DNA from: Carcharhinus longimanus
Lineage: Eukaryota
DNA: 64,000 bases
NCBI GenBank assembly: GCA_030264375.1
Contig: JASCQW010000119.1
Location: forward strand, 56,312,408-56,376,407
Reading direction: 5' to 3'
Shown: one piece after another, positions 35,431-47,850 of the stretch
How the letters are laid out: every line of letters begins with the position of its first letter
Position numbering within the stretch: the stretch's first letter is position 1
Made by a program: the position numbers and the translations under genes
Notes under the pieces: model-generated
What the model was told of the DNA's origin: nothing
Database searches by the model: none
The model's input: the letters and a program-made list of their open reading frames with translations, nothing else

Positions 35431-35976
35431 AGTTAGGGGTATTGATCTCTTACGATTCCCATATAAAACAGGCAAGGATTTGTAAAACCAGTTCCTATTG
35501 TCATTTTTAATGTTACAAATTTAGAGAAAATTGATGAGGAAATCAATCCCAAAAGCCCAAGTAAACTCAAAGAAATCAAGTGAGAAAGACAGTCAGTGGA
35601 ACACATACCTCTGCCACATCTTGTTAACTCAATGGCATGACAATTACACAGCTCTTCCTGGAGGGGTTTCCCTAACTGCTTAATGCTCTATAACTCCAAA
35701 ACTGAAAAGAATAAATCTTTTAATTAAGAACTTCCATCTAATTGAGGGTGTTTTAGGCCAATCTACATCCAACAATCTGCCCCAAAAACTCTGCTCACAG
35801 TTTGACAGCTGTGGCGTATTCCGCCGCAGCAGCTGAGGCAATCCACTATATGGTAAATCAAACGACAACATTCCAAATAAAGCAACCAACAAAACTCTTT
35901 TAAAAAAAGCCAATTTGTGCTATCTTCCAAAGTCAATGCTAAAAGAATTTCAGAATCCCAATGCATATCTTCCTCA

Positions 35977-36082
35977 AGGGTTGGGGAAAGGGCCTTGATA
36001 AGATATTATGTCAGAGAGAATCAGTGCAGACTTAATGGGCCAAATAGCCTCCTTTTGTACTGTAGGCATTCTATGATTCATA
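35977..36082 (+). mobile_element. HE1/CR1-type 3' tail fragment
   Basis: gtgcagacttaatgggccaaatagcctccttttgtactgtaggcattctatgattc. Confidence 0.75.
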
Positions 36083-36111
36083 ATTCTATTATTTTCTGAA
36101 ATCACGCATTG

Positions 36112-36356
36112 ACCTGACCAGGTAAGAACAGCAGATTTCCTTCTCCTACAGGGCATGAATGAACCAGATGAGTTTTTACAACAGCCCTTGATAGTTTCAT
36201 AATTAATGTATTTCACTTTCAATTCCAAATTTATAATTAATTGAATTTAAATTCCACCAGCTATCATGTTGGGATTTGAGCCTATTATTCCCAGAACACA
36301 GGCCTGAGCTTCTAGCTTATTGGTCCAGTGACATTATTACTACACCACTGTTCCCC
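36112..36356 (-). mobile_element. SINE family C 5' part
   Basis: gaccaggtaagaacagcagatttccttctcctac...gaatttaaattccaccagct...gggatttgagcc. Confidence 0.75.
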
Positions 36357-37346
36357 TCATAAATTTGAGGAGCTCAATTTTGTTGTTGCAGCTCCAGTTG
36401 TTAGCTGCTACTGGGATAGTGGGATAATCAAATTTGCTGGAGATTATGCACAGGACAGTGGCAACATTGCGTTTAGTTAACAATGCTGTAGTGCATGAAC
36501 TAAGTTCACCTTTGATCAATGACCTCAGCCTGAAGAGGACAGTCAGTGTGGTAACTTTATCAGTACTTTACTGTCTTTGCTCCCTGCCTCACAAGGAATG
36601 AAAGACTGGCATCTATAGCAGTTTCAAGAATACAATCCTCACACCAGGAACTGAAGATAGTCTGGGATGTATTCTATTGAACATCAAGCCAGAGATATGC
36701 ATGCATCACATTTGTGACATCAAGTCAGGCACATACAACACACAATGTACATTGATCCTTGCACCCAATTTTTAATAAGAAAACCATAGGAAATTTGACA
36801 AATTGTTCTCCTCCAACATGGGACAATTTTATTTTTTATTGATTTACCAGTCAAAATCATTTAGGAATGTTGTCAGTGCAGTGATTCAATCAGTGCAAAA
36901 TTATAATCAGGTTAGGTTAAAGCGTTCTTCTGTCTCATAAAATGATGATTTGCCCCGTGGTGGTCAACTCTGCATTAAACATTGCCTTTCGTAGCTCAGG
37001 GGCCCCACTCTGGCATGGCATTCTCTGCTGCATCTGATACAGAGAAACACAGTGGAGAAGTTGCAGTATTCACTAACCCCTGTTTTCTCTGGGCCCTCTT
37101 CTTGGCTAGCTGGACATTTAGGACAGGACTTTAGAGCCTTATTCATTTCAAAACTGTAAAATGCCACCGAGATCAATGGACCTTCCCATTGTCCGCTCCT
37201 CGCCCTCTTTGATTCCCATGGCGGACAGGGAGGTAAAACTCTGATCTTAGTTTCTGATTCCTTCTTCCAGTGCCCTTCTCAACAGTCAACCTCCCGTGGT
37301 CATAGATACCAGCGACTATCTCCAAATTGTTAGTATCAATGTCTCG

Positions 37347-37720
37347 GGACACTGTCTGTGCAGAGTCTGCGTGTTCTCCCTGTGCCTGCGTGTATTTCCT
37401 CCGGGTGTTCCAGTTTCCCTCCACAGTCCATAGATGTGCAGGTTAGGTAGATTGACCATGCCAAATTGCCCCTTAGTGTCCAAAGATGTGCAGGTTAGGT
37501 GGATTGGCCATGCTAAATTGCCCCTTTAGTGTCCAAAGATCTGTAAATTAGGTGGATTAGCCATGCTAAATTGTCCCTTAGTGTCCAAAGATCTGTAAAT
37601 TAGGTGGATTAGCGAGATAAATGCACAGGGTTAGGGGGATAGGGTGGGCTTGGGTAAGATACTCTTTTGATAAGTTGGTGCAGACTCGTTGAACCCCCTT
37701 CTGCACTGGAGGTATTCTAT
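37347..37720 (+). mobile_element. HE1 V-SINE (5'-truncated) with four tandem ~52-bp internal units
   Basis: gtccaaagatgtgcaggttaggtggattggccatgctaaattgccccttagt repeated four times at 37426-37612. Confidence 0.85.
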
Positions 37721-37916
37721 TGTCAGTTGAGTCATCTCTTGTAGTGTTTTCCAAAGTCATCACAGCAAAATACCCAAATTAATATATCAAGAAAGATGAG
37801 AAAAATGAAGCTACATCAGTAATATTTTCAATACTCTTCATTGTGACAGCAACTTCTATTGAACTTAAAAAGGATGGGAAGTTTTGTGCACACATAAGAT
37901 AGCATAGTCATGTCTG

Positions 37917-38007
37917 GGGGTGGGATTGTCCAGTCCTGCTGAAAGTCAATGGATGTTTGGCTGCCCCGCTGCATCCCCTGTCACGGCGGGGCTGTAAAAC
38001 CCATGCC
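37917..38007 (-). mobile_element. ~90-bp hairpin MITE-like element
   Basis: Reverse complement aligns with 50387-50474 (ggca.gg..ttt.cag.cccgc ... ccaaa..tccattgacttt). Confidence 0.6.
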
Positions 38008-38219
38008 AGGAACTTGGATTTGAACCTCAGCTCCAAAGGCAGTAGATAACCTTCCTTCTGCTGGCTATATGGGCCTCAGTAAACCTGATTTTACAGTAAA
38101 CCGCAGTGGTGTTTGTAACGCAATACCAGTCACAAAATAAAAACCAAAGTACAAATATTAAAAATCTGAAATTAAAGCACAAGATGTTAGAAATGCGCAT
38201 CAATCCGTCAGCACTTTTG

Positions 38220-38495
38220 TTTTATTCATTCATGGTACATGGGTCTCATGGCTGGCCAGCACTTATTGTCCATCCCTGCTTGCCCTTGAGAAGGTGATTG
38301 TGAGCTGCCTTCTTGAATCGTTGCAGTCCACGTGCTGTGGGTTAACCCACAATGCCGTTAGGGAGGGAATTCCAGGATCTTGACCCAATGATTGCAAAGG
38401 AACAGTGACATATTTCCAAGTGAGGATGGTGAGTAGCTCGGAGGGGAACTTGCAGGTGGTAGTGTTCCCACACATCTGCTGCCCTTGTCCTTCTT
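38220..38495 (-). mobile_element. LINE family D 3' end
   Basis: gctggccagcacttattgtccatcc...cccttgagaaggtgattgtgagctgccttcttgaa...ggaggggaacttgcaggtggt. Confidence 0.85.
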
Positions 38496-39329
38496 GACAA
38501 GAAAAGGTGACTGGATATTTTGGGTAGCGACCCAATGCCAGAATTGGAATTCATGTAAAATCTGTTCCTGGGACGTTACCCTGTCTTTTCCATTTCAGGA
38601 TGTTAGTGTACCTCACTGTGTATTTCCAACATTTTTTGTTTATTGTTACTAACCAAACCCATAAATTAGCACAGATTAACAAGAACTTGGCAACCTTATC
38701 TAAAGGGCCACAAAGATGATTGATGTGGAAAATGGAACAATTCACATTCATACTGCAGGGAGACAACGAGGAACAAACAATATCTCTGCTTGTTGCACAG
38801 CCATGTTGAATCTTCGCAGTGCTAACACCAGCTATCGGATGAAATAACATTTGGGAGAGAAATTCACTTCACCGTCATCCATTAGTTCGTCGCCTCGAAC
38901 GCATTAGAAGGAGAACTAGAATATGCAAACATGGGGCCTATCCTGGTCAGAACTCATGTTGAGCTGTCCAACCAGTGACCCTTAAAGGGAACACTGAAGG
39001 TCACACAGAAATCTTCCAGGAACTTTCTGATTTTTACTTCCGTGGGTCCAAGAAAAGCAGAACTTGATTTCTCAGCTCATGTCTTTAAAGCAATGGCNNN
39101 NNNNNNNNNNNNNNNNNNNNNNNNNNNNNNNNNNNNNNNNNNNNNNNNNNNNNNNNNNNNNNNNNNNNNNNNTTTGGGAAATCATTGCTTTGTTTCAGCC
39201 ATTTCCTGAGGAAGACAGAGATGAATCTTGCACTCATTTCTTCCCCATGCCTAGTGAACATGCCCAGGGAGTTACTTGGGAGACCCACGGAATTCAGCCT
39301 AATATAGTTGTATACATCTTTGCTAGATA

Positions 39330-39648
39330 TTGCACTGTGGCCCAGTGGTTAGCGCTGCTGCCTCAGTGCCAGGGACCCAGGTTCAATTCTGGCCTTGGGT
39401 CACTGACTGTGTGGAGTTTGCACTTTCCCCCTGTGTCTGCATGGGTTTCCTCCGGGTGCTCCGATTTCCTCCCACAGTCCAAAGATGTGTGGGTTGGGTT
39501 GATTGGCTGTGCTAAATTGACCCAAATGTCAGGGGGATTAGCAGGGTAAATGTGTGGGGTTACGGGAATAGGGCCTAGGTGGGATTGTGGTCAGTACAGA
39601 CTTGATGGGCTGAATGGCCTCCTTCTGTACTATAAGGATTCTACGATT
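39330..39648 (+). mobile_element. HE1 V-SINE, tail A
   Basis: Full head, V-domain and gatgggctgaatggcctccttctgtact tail. Confidence 0.92.
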
Positions 39649-40054
39649 AACTGACTTTTTTTTGCCTGCAGTTTCTCTACTCAACAGCCAGAAAGAGCAG
39701 ATAGTGAGGAAGGGAGATCATAGTTGATGGTGGGGGCATGGACTGTGTTTGGGCTGGAGGGCGGTAGGGGTTGCAGGGATTTGCAGGGGAAGAGTGCGGA
39801 GGTGTTGAGAGATTATGAGAGTCATGATTTTGGATCCATCTCCTGAGAATGTTTTGGTTCACCTAATCCCATTCCACTGCCTTTTTGAACTGAAATGCAT
39901 TGGTTCAAGCCAGATGGGATCAAGTTTGTAATATTTAAAACCTCACTGACTCAAACAATCCTTGGGGTTAAAATTAGATGTTTTAAAGCAGTGACACATT
40001 TGCCACTTGAATTTTATCCCCCTTCTACCAAGTTTCTGTCAGGCAGGGCAGGAT

Positions 40055-40335
40055 TTTTATCCATTCATGGGAAGTTGGCATCACTGGCAGGGCCAGCATT
40101 TATTGCCAAATGCAATTGCCCACGAAGGTGATGGTAAACAGTCTTTTTGAATGTCCAGTCTGTATGGTAAAGGTATTCCCACAGTGCTTTGATAGGGAGT
40201 GACAGTTTTTTGACCCAGTTTCACAGTGAAGGACATAGTTCCAAGTCAGCATGGTATGTAACTTGGAGGGAAACTTGCAGGTGGTGTTCCCATGCCTGCT
40301 GCCCTTGTTCTTTTAAGTGGTGGAGGCCGCTGTCA
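40055..40335 (-). mobile_element. LINE family D 3' end
   Basis: gggccagcatttattgcc...ttccaagtcagcatggtatgtaacttggagggaaacttgcaggtggtg. Confidence 0.8.
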
Positions 40336-41339
40336 AAATAATATTAAGTCGAAATTCCCTTTTTAATGTAAACAGGAATTTTGAAATAATAATTCTGGCA
40401 TTCTTTAATCTGATCTCTATTTCTAGCTGGTTTTAGGTTTTAGCTATTTCCTGTTTCCAGTTTCTTNNNNNNNNNNNNNNNNNNNNNNNNNNNNNNNNNN
40501 NNNNNNNNNNNNNNNNNNNNNNNNNNNNNNNNNNNNNNNNNNNNNNNNNNNNNNNNNNNNNNNNNNNNNNNNNNNNNNNNNNNNNNNNNNNNNNNNNNNN
40601 NNNNNNNNNNNNNNNNNNNNNNNNNNNNNNNNNNNNNNNNNNNNNNNNNNNNNNNNNNNNNNNNNNNNNNNNNNNNNNNNNNNNNNNNNNNNNNNNNNNN
40701 NNNNNNNNNNNNNNNNNNNNNNNNNNNNNNNNNNNNNNNNNNNNNNNNNNNNNNNNNNNNNNNNNNNNNNNNNNNNNNNNNNNNNNNNNNNNNNNNNNNN
40801 NNNNNNNNNNNNNNNNNNNNNNNNNNNNNNNNNNNNNNNNNNNNNNNNNNNNNNNNNNNNNNNNNNNNNNNNNNNNNNNNNNNNNNNNNNNNNNNNNNNN
40901 NNNNNNNNNNNNNNNNNNNNNNNNNNNNNNNNNNNNNNNNNNNNNNNNNNNNNNNNNNNNNNNNNNNNNNNNNNNNNNNNNNNNNNNNNNNNNNNNNNNN
41001 NNNNNNNNNNNNNNNNNNNNNNNNNNNNNNNNNNNNNNNNNNNNNNNNNNNNNNNNNNNNNNNNNNNNNNNNNNNNNNNNNNNNNNNNNNNNNNNNNNNN
41101 NNNNNNNNNNNNNNNNNNNNNNNNNNNNNNNNNNNNNNNNNNNNNNNNNNNNNNNNNNNNNNNNNNNNNNNNNNNNNNNNNNNNNNNNNNNNNNNNNNNN
41201 NNNNNNNNNNNNNNNNNNNNNNNNNNNNNNNNNNNNNNNNNNNNNNNNNNNNNNNNNNNNNNNNNNNNNNNNNNNNNNNNNNNNNNNNNNNNNNNNNNNN
41301 NNNNNNNNNNNNNNNNNNNNNNNNNNNNNNNNNNNNNNN

Positions 41340-41385
41340 GCAACCTGCACTTACTGCAGACATGGTCACTGGGGAGGAAGTTCAA
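41340..41385 (-). mobile_element. CR1 ORF1 zinc-finger fragment abutting a large gap
   Basis: NFLPSDHVCSKCRL, compare ICSKCL at ~1220. Confidence 0.5.
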
Positions 41386-41477
41386 CTGCTTGAAGGTTAA
41401 TTAAATTTGCAAGATTTTGCTTTTGGTAGCTGGGTAGAGTTGTCTGTGTATGATTAATGCCACTCAAAGGCCTCTTT

Positions 41478-41777
41478 GGTGGTACGCTGGCACAGTGGTT
41501 AGCACTGCTGCCTCATAGCTCCAGAGATCTGGGTTCGATTCCCGGTTTGGGTCACTGTCTGTGTGGAGTTTGCATGTTCCCCTTGTGTCTGTGTGAGTTT
41601 GCTCCAGTTTCCTCCCACAGTCCAAAGATGTGCTGGTTAGGTGCATTGGCCATGCTAAATTGTCCCTTAATGTCCTGGGATGCTTAGGTTAGAGGGATTA
41701 GTGGGGTAAATATGGTGGGATTGGTGTTGGTCCAAACTTGATAAGCTGAATGGTCTCCTTCTGCACTGTAGAGATTC
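41478..41777 (+). mobile_element. HE1 V-SINE, tail A
   Basis: Head, V-domain and gctgaatggtctccttctgcactgtagagattc tail. Confidence 0.9.
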
Positions 41778-42919
41778 GAAAATGTGGCATTTCAAGAATG
41801 TGTCACATTTTAAGTATCAACCTTCAAGAGCATCACAGGTATGCTGGCAAAAAAACAATTAACTCCAATAACCACAATCAAATTAACAAGTATGTTGATT
41901 AGATCCACTTGCCCACTGACAAAATGTAAAGCAATTTAAATAAACAGTTGTATTCCCTAAAAGGTAGAATCACTAATTGTTAACAAACACCACAAAAGTA
42001 CCAGATCAAGTAGTTTAATTATTTTTCAAGTACAATTAGCTCCAACCAAGAAAAATCTTAAATTAACTCAATCAAATTTCTCAGACTTCTGCAGACTGAT
42101 TCAATCTATCAATGTCCTTTCTCATTCATGTTAATGCACGTAGCTAAAAACAACAAAACATTTAAGGTACGGAATTCTGTTAACCACACTCCCGTAATTG
42201 CCACTTAATGTTAGAAATGCATTCAAGAAGCTTCTCCCACATTTTTGAATTTCCCTTTTGAGCTTGAATTGGAAATTTCACGTCGACATTGCCTGCTCGA
42301 GTCTTCCAACTGCTGTGCATAAAATCAATGTGGATGGGAAAAGGATACATCTTAAGAAGAATCCCTTTCAAGCTGTTCCTTTGAGATTGCAGTAATTACC
42401 ATGCACTGTGATAGCCCACATTGTTGAACAACCAGGTAGGAACCCTTTCTAGTTCCTGTTGACAAATCGTGAATGGATCTGAAGGAGTTAACAACGTATT
42501 GGAGTTTCAGGAATCCCACAGATCCAGTCTGATCACTATCCTGCATCTGACAGTGTTTGTCAGATGACAACCCCAAAAACTCAACAACTGTGAAGTATAC
42601 GTCTTGGTTGGGGTTTGGGGGGTAGGGGCGGGGGAGGGAGGGTGGTAATTATCAAAAAATAAAATGAATTCATTTTCTTCCCAAGGCCATTGGATAAAAT
42701 TTCTGGGCTAACTATATTTACAATGAATTTTCCTTTGTGAGGGGGTTGAGGGCAACAGATGTTGGCACTGGAATTGGTGGAGAAATGTTGACGAGGTGCT
42801 TTGATGCTGCATTCAGACATTGTAGTCAGAGGGAGTCAAGCAACCAGACCTGGAGCATGGTGAGTGACTGTTCAGGATACTGTCATTGGAAACAAAACAA
42901 TGGGGAATTTTATTATTAT

Positions 42920-43380
42920 TATTTCATGGGACATGGGCATCTCTGGCTGGGCCAGCATTCATTGCCATCCTTAGTTGCCGTTGTTCAGTTGAGAGTCAAT
43001 CACATTGCTATTTCTGTGGAGTCACATGTAGGCCAGACCAGGTAAGGGTGGCAGATTTCCTTCCCTAAAGGACATTAGTAAACCAGGTGGGTTCTTCTGA
43101 CAATGGTTTCATGCTCATCAGTAGATTCTTAATTTGAGACTTCTAAAANNNNNNNNNNNNNNNNNNNNNNNNNNNNNNNNNNNNNNNNNNNNNNNNNNNN
43201 NNNNNNNNNNNNNNNNNNNNNNNNNNNNNNNNNNNNNNNNNNNNNNNNTTTGAGACTTCTAAAATTAAATTCAAATTCCACCACCTGCCACGGCAAGATT
43301 CAAACCCAAATCCCCAGAATATTAGCTGAGTTTCTGGATTAATAGTTTAACGATAATACCACTCGGCTATCACCTCCCCT
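42920..43380 (-). mobile_element. SINE family C, full length, split by a 100-N gap
   Basis: ggccagaccaggtaagggtggcagatttccttccctaaaggacattagt core; head gataataccactcggctatcacctcccc. Confidence 0.88.
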
Positions 43381-44121
43381 AAATTACTAGCGCAGTGCTA
43401 CACTACTGGCAGTTGGAGCAAAAACACCACTTGGAGGGTAAGGGGAGAAAAACTTCTGTAATCCCATAGATAACTAAGTAACAGAAGGAAATTTGGGGAT
43501 AGAAATGGATAAATTAAACGTATCTATCTTAATCAAATAATGCAAATCCACCAGTGAAAGTAAAGCCAAAAAAAATCTGCAATGTGAACAATTGAGGAGA
43601 GGAAGTTTTGGGAAAGGAGGAAAAAAGTTGTTTGCAACTTAAGGAAGATTATTTAAATGATCTGGAGATACAGCTGGTATCGAAAAGAAAGAAGCCTTAG
43701 ATATTACTCAAATGTATAATATTTTCCTTGCGTCGTTTAAGCGATAAAATTAAATGGCTACAGTAAATTTGTTGTATTATACAAAGGGATGAGCTGCTGT
43801 CATTTGATACCACTGAGCATCACCAGTTTCCTTAAAAGAACAAATTACATTTTCATAAGAAACTTCTTTATGGAATTCCTCTGTAAGAAACAAACATTTT
43901 GTTGATTTTAAAGAAGCTTTTAAATTAAAAAGTCACAAGCTATACCGTGATGGCTCAGTTGGTATTTGTACTGCATTCAACAGCTATAGAAACCAAAACA
44001 TTACTATGGTTCAATTTTTGGTTTGTGTTGCTCTAAGCCATCTCAGGCATCTTTTTTCTGCATTTGACAGCTTGCAGTTTTACAAGTTTTAGTCCAAGTT
44101 TTACAGCCAACTCACAACACT

Positions 44122-44500
44122 GATTTGATTTGATTTGATTTATTATTGGCACATGTATTAACGTACAGTGAAAAGTATTATTTCTTGCGTGCTATATAGA
44201 CAAAACATATCAATCACAGAGAAGGAAACGAGAGAGCGCAAAATGTCGTGTTACAGTCACAGCTAGGGTGTAAGAAAAAGATCAACTTAATGCCAGGTAA
44301 TTCAAAAGTCTGACAGCAGCAGGGAAGAAGCTGTTCTTGAATCAGTTGGTACATGACCTCAGATATTTGTATCTTTTTCCTGAAGGAAGAAGTGGAAGAG
44401 AGAATGTCTGGGGTGTGTGGGGTTCTTGATTATGCTGGCTGCTTTGTTGAGGCAGCAGGAAGTGTAGACAGAGTCAATGGATAGGAGGCTGGTTTGCATT
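44122..44500 (-). mobile_element. Rex1/Babar LINE 3' fragment
   Basis: (gattt)n tail; reverse complement of 2329-2692. Confidence 0.88.
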
Positions 44501-45654
44501 GGGAATTGTTATTCGATTGTTGTTAGAAGGATTGCCTTGAATCGCGAAGCAATTTTTCGTTGGTCACATTTGTTCACAGTATGGTGAACAGTTTGATCTG
44601 GGATGACCATAGTCACATGCCCGCCTTTCCTTGAAATTCCACTTGGAGGAGGTGTAATACGCCTGAATGTTGAGTGTAGACCACTTATTGTGATGGAGGC
44701 CAACCCACTATCAAAATGGTCACCAGTCCTTTGTTGGTATGTTGGTGTCAGCCTAGAAGTTGATCTTTTGTCCTTTTTGTGCCAAAACCTGTGATAGCCA
44801 ATCTTGGGCTGCAGTGAGAATGCCACTGTTGGCCTCAGTGATCCTAGAAAGCAGACTGGACCAGGGGTCCTGCAGGCAATTACAATGGCCCGTGCTATAC
44901 ATGAACAGGAGAGGATTAGACTTAGTTTTGATGGCCCAGTGGTATGCAAAATAAAAGAAAACACATGAAGACTATCCACTAGGGCATGATACTGGAGGAC
45001 TGCCAATGAACATTAGACTGGATTCCCATCATGAATCACCACACCACAGAAAGAAAATTAAGAAAGAGAGAAGAAAAACTGGAGGGACAAAACAGAACAT
45101 GAAAACATGAAATAATATACTAGATGGGAGGACTGCTATTGGCCAAAGCACCGTTACAGCACAGCTTTATTTGGTTTGATTTCCTTTCCCTGCGAGCTCA
45201 AGGGATTAGTGCGAGTGGAAACAGAAATTATTAATTCTTTTCTAATTTTAGTGCAACTGCTAAATCACTTGCTGTTAACTTTCAGTGGGCTGACATCATG
45301 CTACTCCAGTGAACGTTATTGCATTCCAAACATTGTCTGCTATAATGTCTGCTTCTCAACTCAAATCTCACACTCTCAAAAGTTCTTAGCCACCAGAGAT
45401 CCAAAAGCTACATCCAATCTCGCCCATCAACTCTGTTCCTTTCAGCAAAAGATATTTTGACCTTGTTGAGCCTACGTACTTTTATAAGTAAGTGAGCTTG
45501 TCTGTGTGAGGAGATGACCACAAGAATTAACCCAGCAGTGAATTAACAGTTAACTCAACTCAAAGAATAATCTAGGGCATAATAGAAAGGCAGCTAAGCA
45601 GTCTGTACTAATGGGTCCCTCTATCCAGTATCCACAATGTGTAATACAAGTTGA

Positions 45655-45720
45655 CCTGAAATAAAAACAGAAAGTGCTGGAAATACTGAGCAGGTCTGTC
45701 AGGATCTGTGGAGAAAGAGA
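45655..45720 (+). mobile_element. Penelope-like terminal fragment (same family as 24853-25100)
   Basis: ctgaaataaaaacagaaagtgctggaaatactgagcaggtctgtcaggatctgtggagaaagag. Confidence 0.6.
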
Positions 45721-45773
45721 CCAAGGGGAGATGAATGCCTTGTGGTATTATCACTAGCTAATATGATGTGGTG

Positions 45774-45862
45774 TGTCACCTGATGAAGGAACAGTGTTCC
45801 GAAAGGTCATGATATCAAATAAACCTGTTGGACTTTAACCTGGTATTGTGAAACTTCTTACA
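45774..45862 (+). ncRNA. Minimal type I hammerhead-ribozyme motif in a Penelope-like terminal repeat (decayed)
   Basis: tgtcac-CTGATGA-a-GGAAC-agt-GTTCC-GAAA-gg-TC-atgata, followed by aataaacctgttggactttaacctggt. Confidence 0.65.
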
Positions 45863-46008
45863 ATGCATTAGATAATACAGATATATGGTTTATAAAAGGA
45901 ATAATGTGACAATTTATAAGGATGATGTGCTGTTGTGAAATGTGTCTGTCCATGACAATTATCTATTGTGGGGTAGTAATTGTTTGTGCCATTACTTTTG
46001 CCCACACT

Positions 46009-46276
46009 TCATAGAATCATAAAATCCCTACTCTGCAGAACCAGGCCATTCGGCCCATTGAGCCTGCACCAATCCCTCCCAGCCTCTATTCCCATAATTC
46101 TATGCAGTTACACTGCTGGTCTCCTTGACACTGAGGGGCAATTTAGCATGGCCAATCAACCTAACCTACACATCTTTGGCCTGTGGGAGGAAACCAGAGC
46201 ACCCAGAGGAAACCCACACAGACACCGGGAGAATGTGCAAACTCCACACAGTGACCCACGCCAGGAATCCAACCCA
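46009..46276 (-). mobile_element. HE1 V-SINE, tail A
   Basis: catagaatcataaaatccctac...ggccattcggccc plus V-domain. Confidence 0.88.
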
Positions 46277-46287
46277 GGTCCCTGAAG

Positions 46288-46447
46288 CTGTGACGCNNNN
46301 NNNNNNCTGTGGGAGGAAACCAGAGCACCATGCAGACACATGGGGAGTGTGCAAATGTCACACAGACAGTCACCCGAGGCTAGAATTGAATGCGGGTCCC
46401 TGGTGCTGTGAGGCAGCAGTGCTAACCAGTCTGCCACCATGCTGCCC
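46288..46447 (-). mobile_element. HE1 V-SINE 5' half
   Basis: V-domain and head gaggcagcagtgctaacc...ccaccatgctgccc. Confidence 0.85.
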
Positions 46448-46834
46448 AACTTCTACAATTCTTTCCAGGAATGAAGAAGCTTGATGCAGCTAATGAGATT
46501 AATTCAGGAAAAATGTACTAAAACATTATGCAAAAGCATCTGTCACTTTATCATTGTCATCATTTTATTTATCTTGTCACTTCTATTCAAGCACCTCTAT
46601 GAGGATATCGCTTTTGTTTTTCTGGATACCTGATTCAATATTGGCATCTTGGTTTACCTTCAGAGTATTGCTGTGTTGCCCCTCTGCAGCACACAGCCCC
46701 AACCCACCTGCAGGCTATCATTGCTTAATATAGTTTTATAGTTTCATCATTGTGCCTTCACTTCACCTTCTGCAGTGCGCTACGCTGAAAGCTAAGGTAA
46801 AAGAAAGAAACTTCTGATTGCTCTAATAATTGGG

Positions 46835-47135
46835 TGCCACGTTGGCACAGTGGTTAGCACTGCTGCCTCACAGCACCAGGAACCCTTGTTCGCTTCCTGG
46901 CATAGGTCACTGTCTGTGCAGGGTCTGCACGTTCTCCCTGTGTCTGCGTGTGTTTTCTCCAGTGCTCCAGTTACCTCCCACAGTATGAAAGACTTGCTTG
47001 TTGGTGCATTGGCCATGCTAAATTCTCCCTCAGTGAACCTGAACAGGTGCCGGAGTGTGGCAATAAGGGATTTTCACAGTAACTTCATTGCAGTATTAAT
47101 GTAAGACTATTTATGACACTGATAAATAAACTTTA
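46835..47135 (+). mobile_element. HE1 V-SINE, tail B
   Basis: Full head, V-domain and tail B. Confidence 0.92.
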
Positions 47136-47523
47136 GTTTGGAGTTTATGCAGACAGTTATGTTTTAGCATCTTTACTACTCTTTCTTACTTTAGACTTTA
47201 TGGCAGTCACATCTTAGACCACTTTCATAGGTGAATCCAATCCTTATGCTTTCAAGAGTAGCATCAATAACCTTCCTGTCAGGGTAAATGTTTGGTTGTG
47301 CTTCCAGGATAATAAACAGAAAGCTCTGTTTGTTAGTAAAATGAAATTATGATTAAAATCTTCATTAAGTGATAGAACATCAAGCCTTGTTTGAACAATT
47401 ATAAATGTATTGAACAGACAATTGACAAGTTAAAGAAGAATGAAAACTCTGTCTACAATAGAAATTCAACATCCTCAAAGGGGACAGCAATATAAAAAGG
47501 GTTTCATCTATGTGCTGTACTGC

Positions 47524-47850
47524 CATAGGATCATAGAAACCCTACAGTGCATAAGAAGGCCATTTGGCCCATTGAGTCAGCACCAACAATAACACCCAGG
47601 CCTATTCCCACACATATTTAGCCCACTAATCTCTCTAACCAATGCATTCCAGGACACTAAGAGGCAATTTAGCATGGCCAGTCAATCTAACCAGCACATC
47701 TTTGGAGTGTGGGAGATAACCAGAGCACCCGGAAGAAACTCACGCAGACATGGGGAGAATATGCAACCTCCGCACAGACAGTGACCCACGCCAGGAATCA
47801 AACCCAGGTCCATGGAGCTGTGAGCCAGTCGTGCTAACCACTGTGCCACC
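47524..47850 (-). mobile_element. HE1 V-SINE, tail A
   Basis: Full element on - strand. Confidence 0.92.

Noticed and set aside
40433-41385. ~300-aa ORFs (also 50834-51373 and 26872-27607)
   Set aside because: Length comes from N-gap read-through.
44509-45006. 165-aa minus-strand ORF
   Set aside because: No recognisable motif; probably a decayed unclassified repeat or chance.
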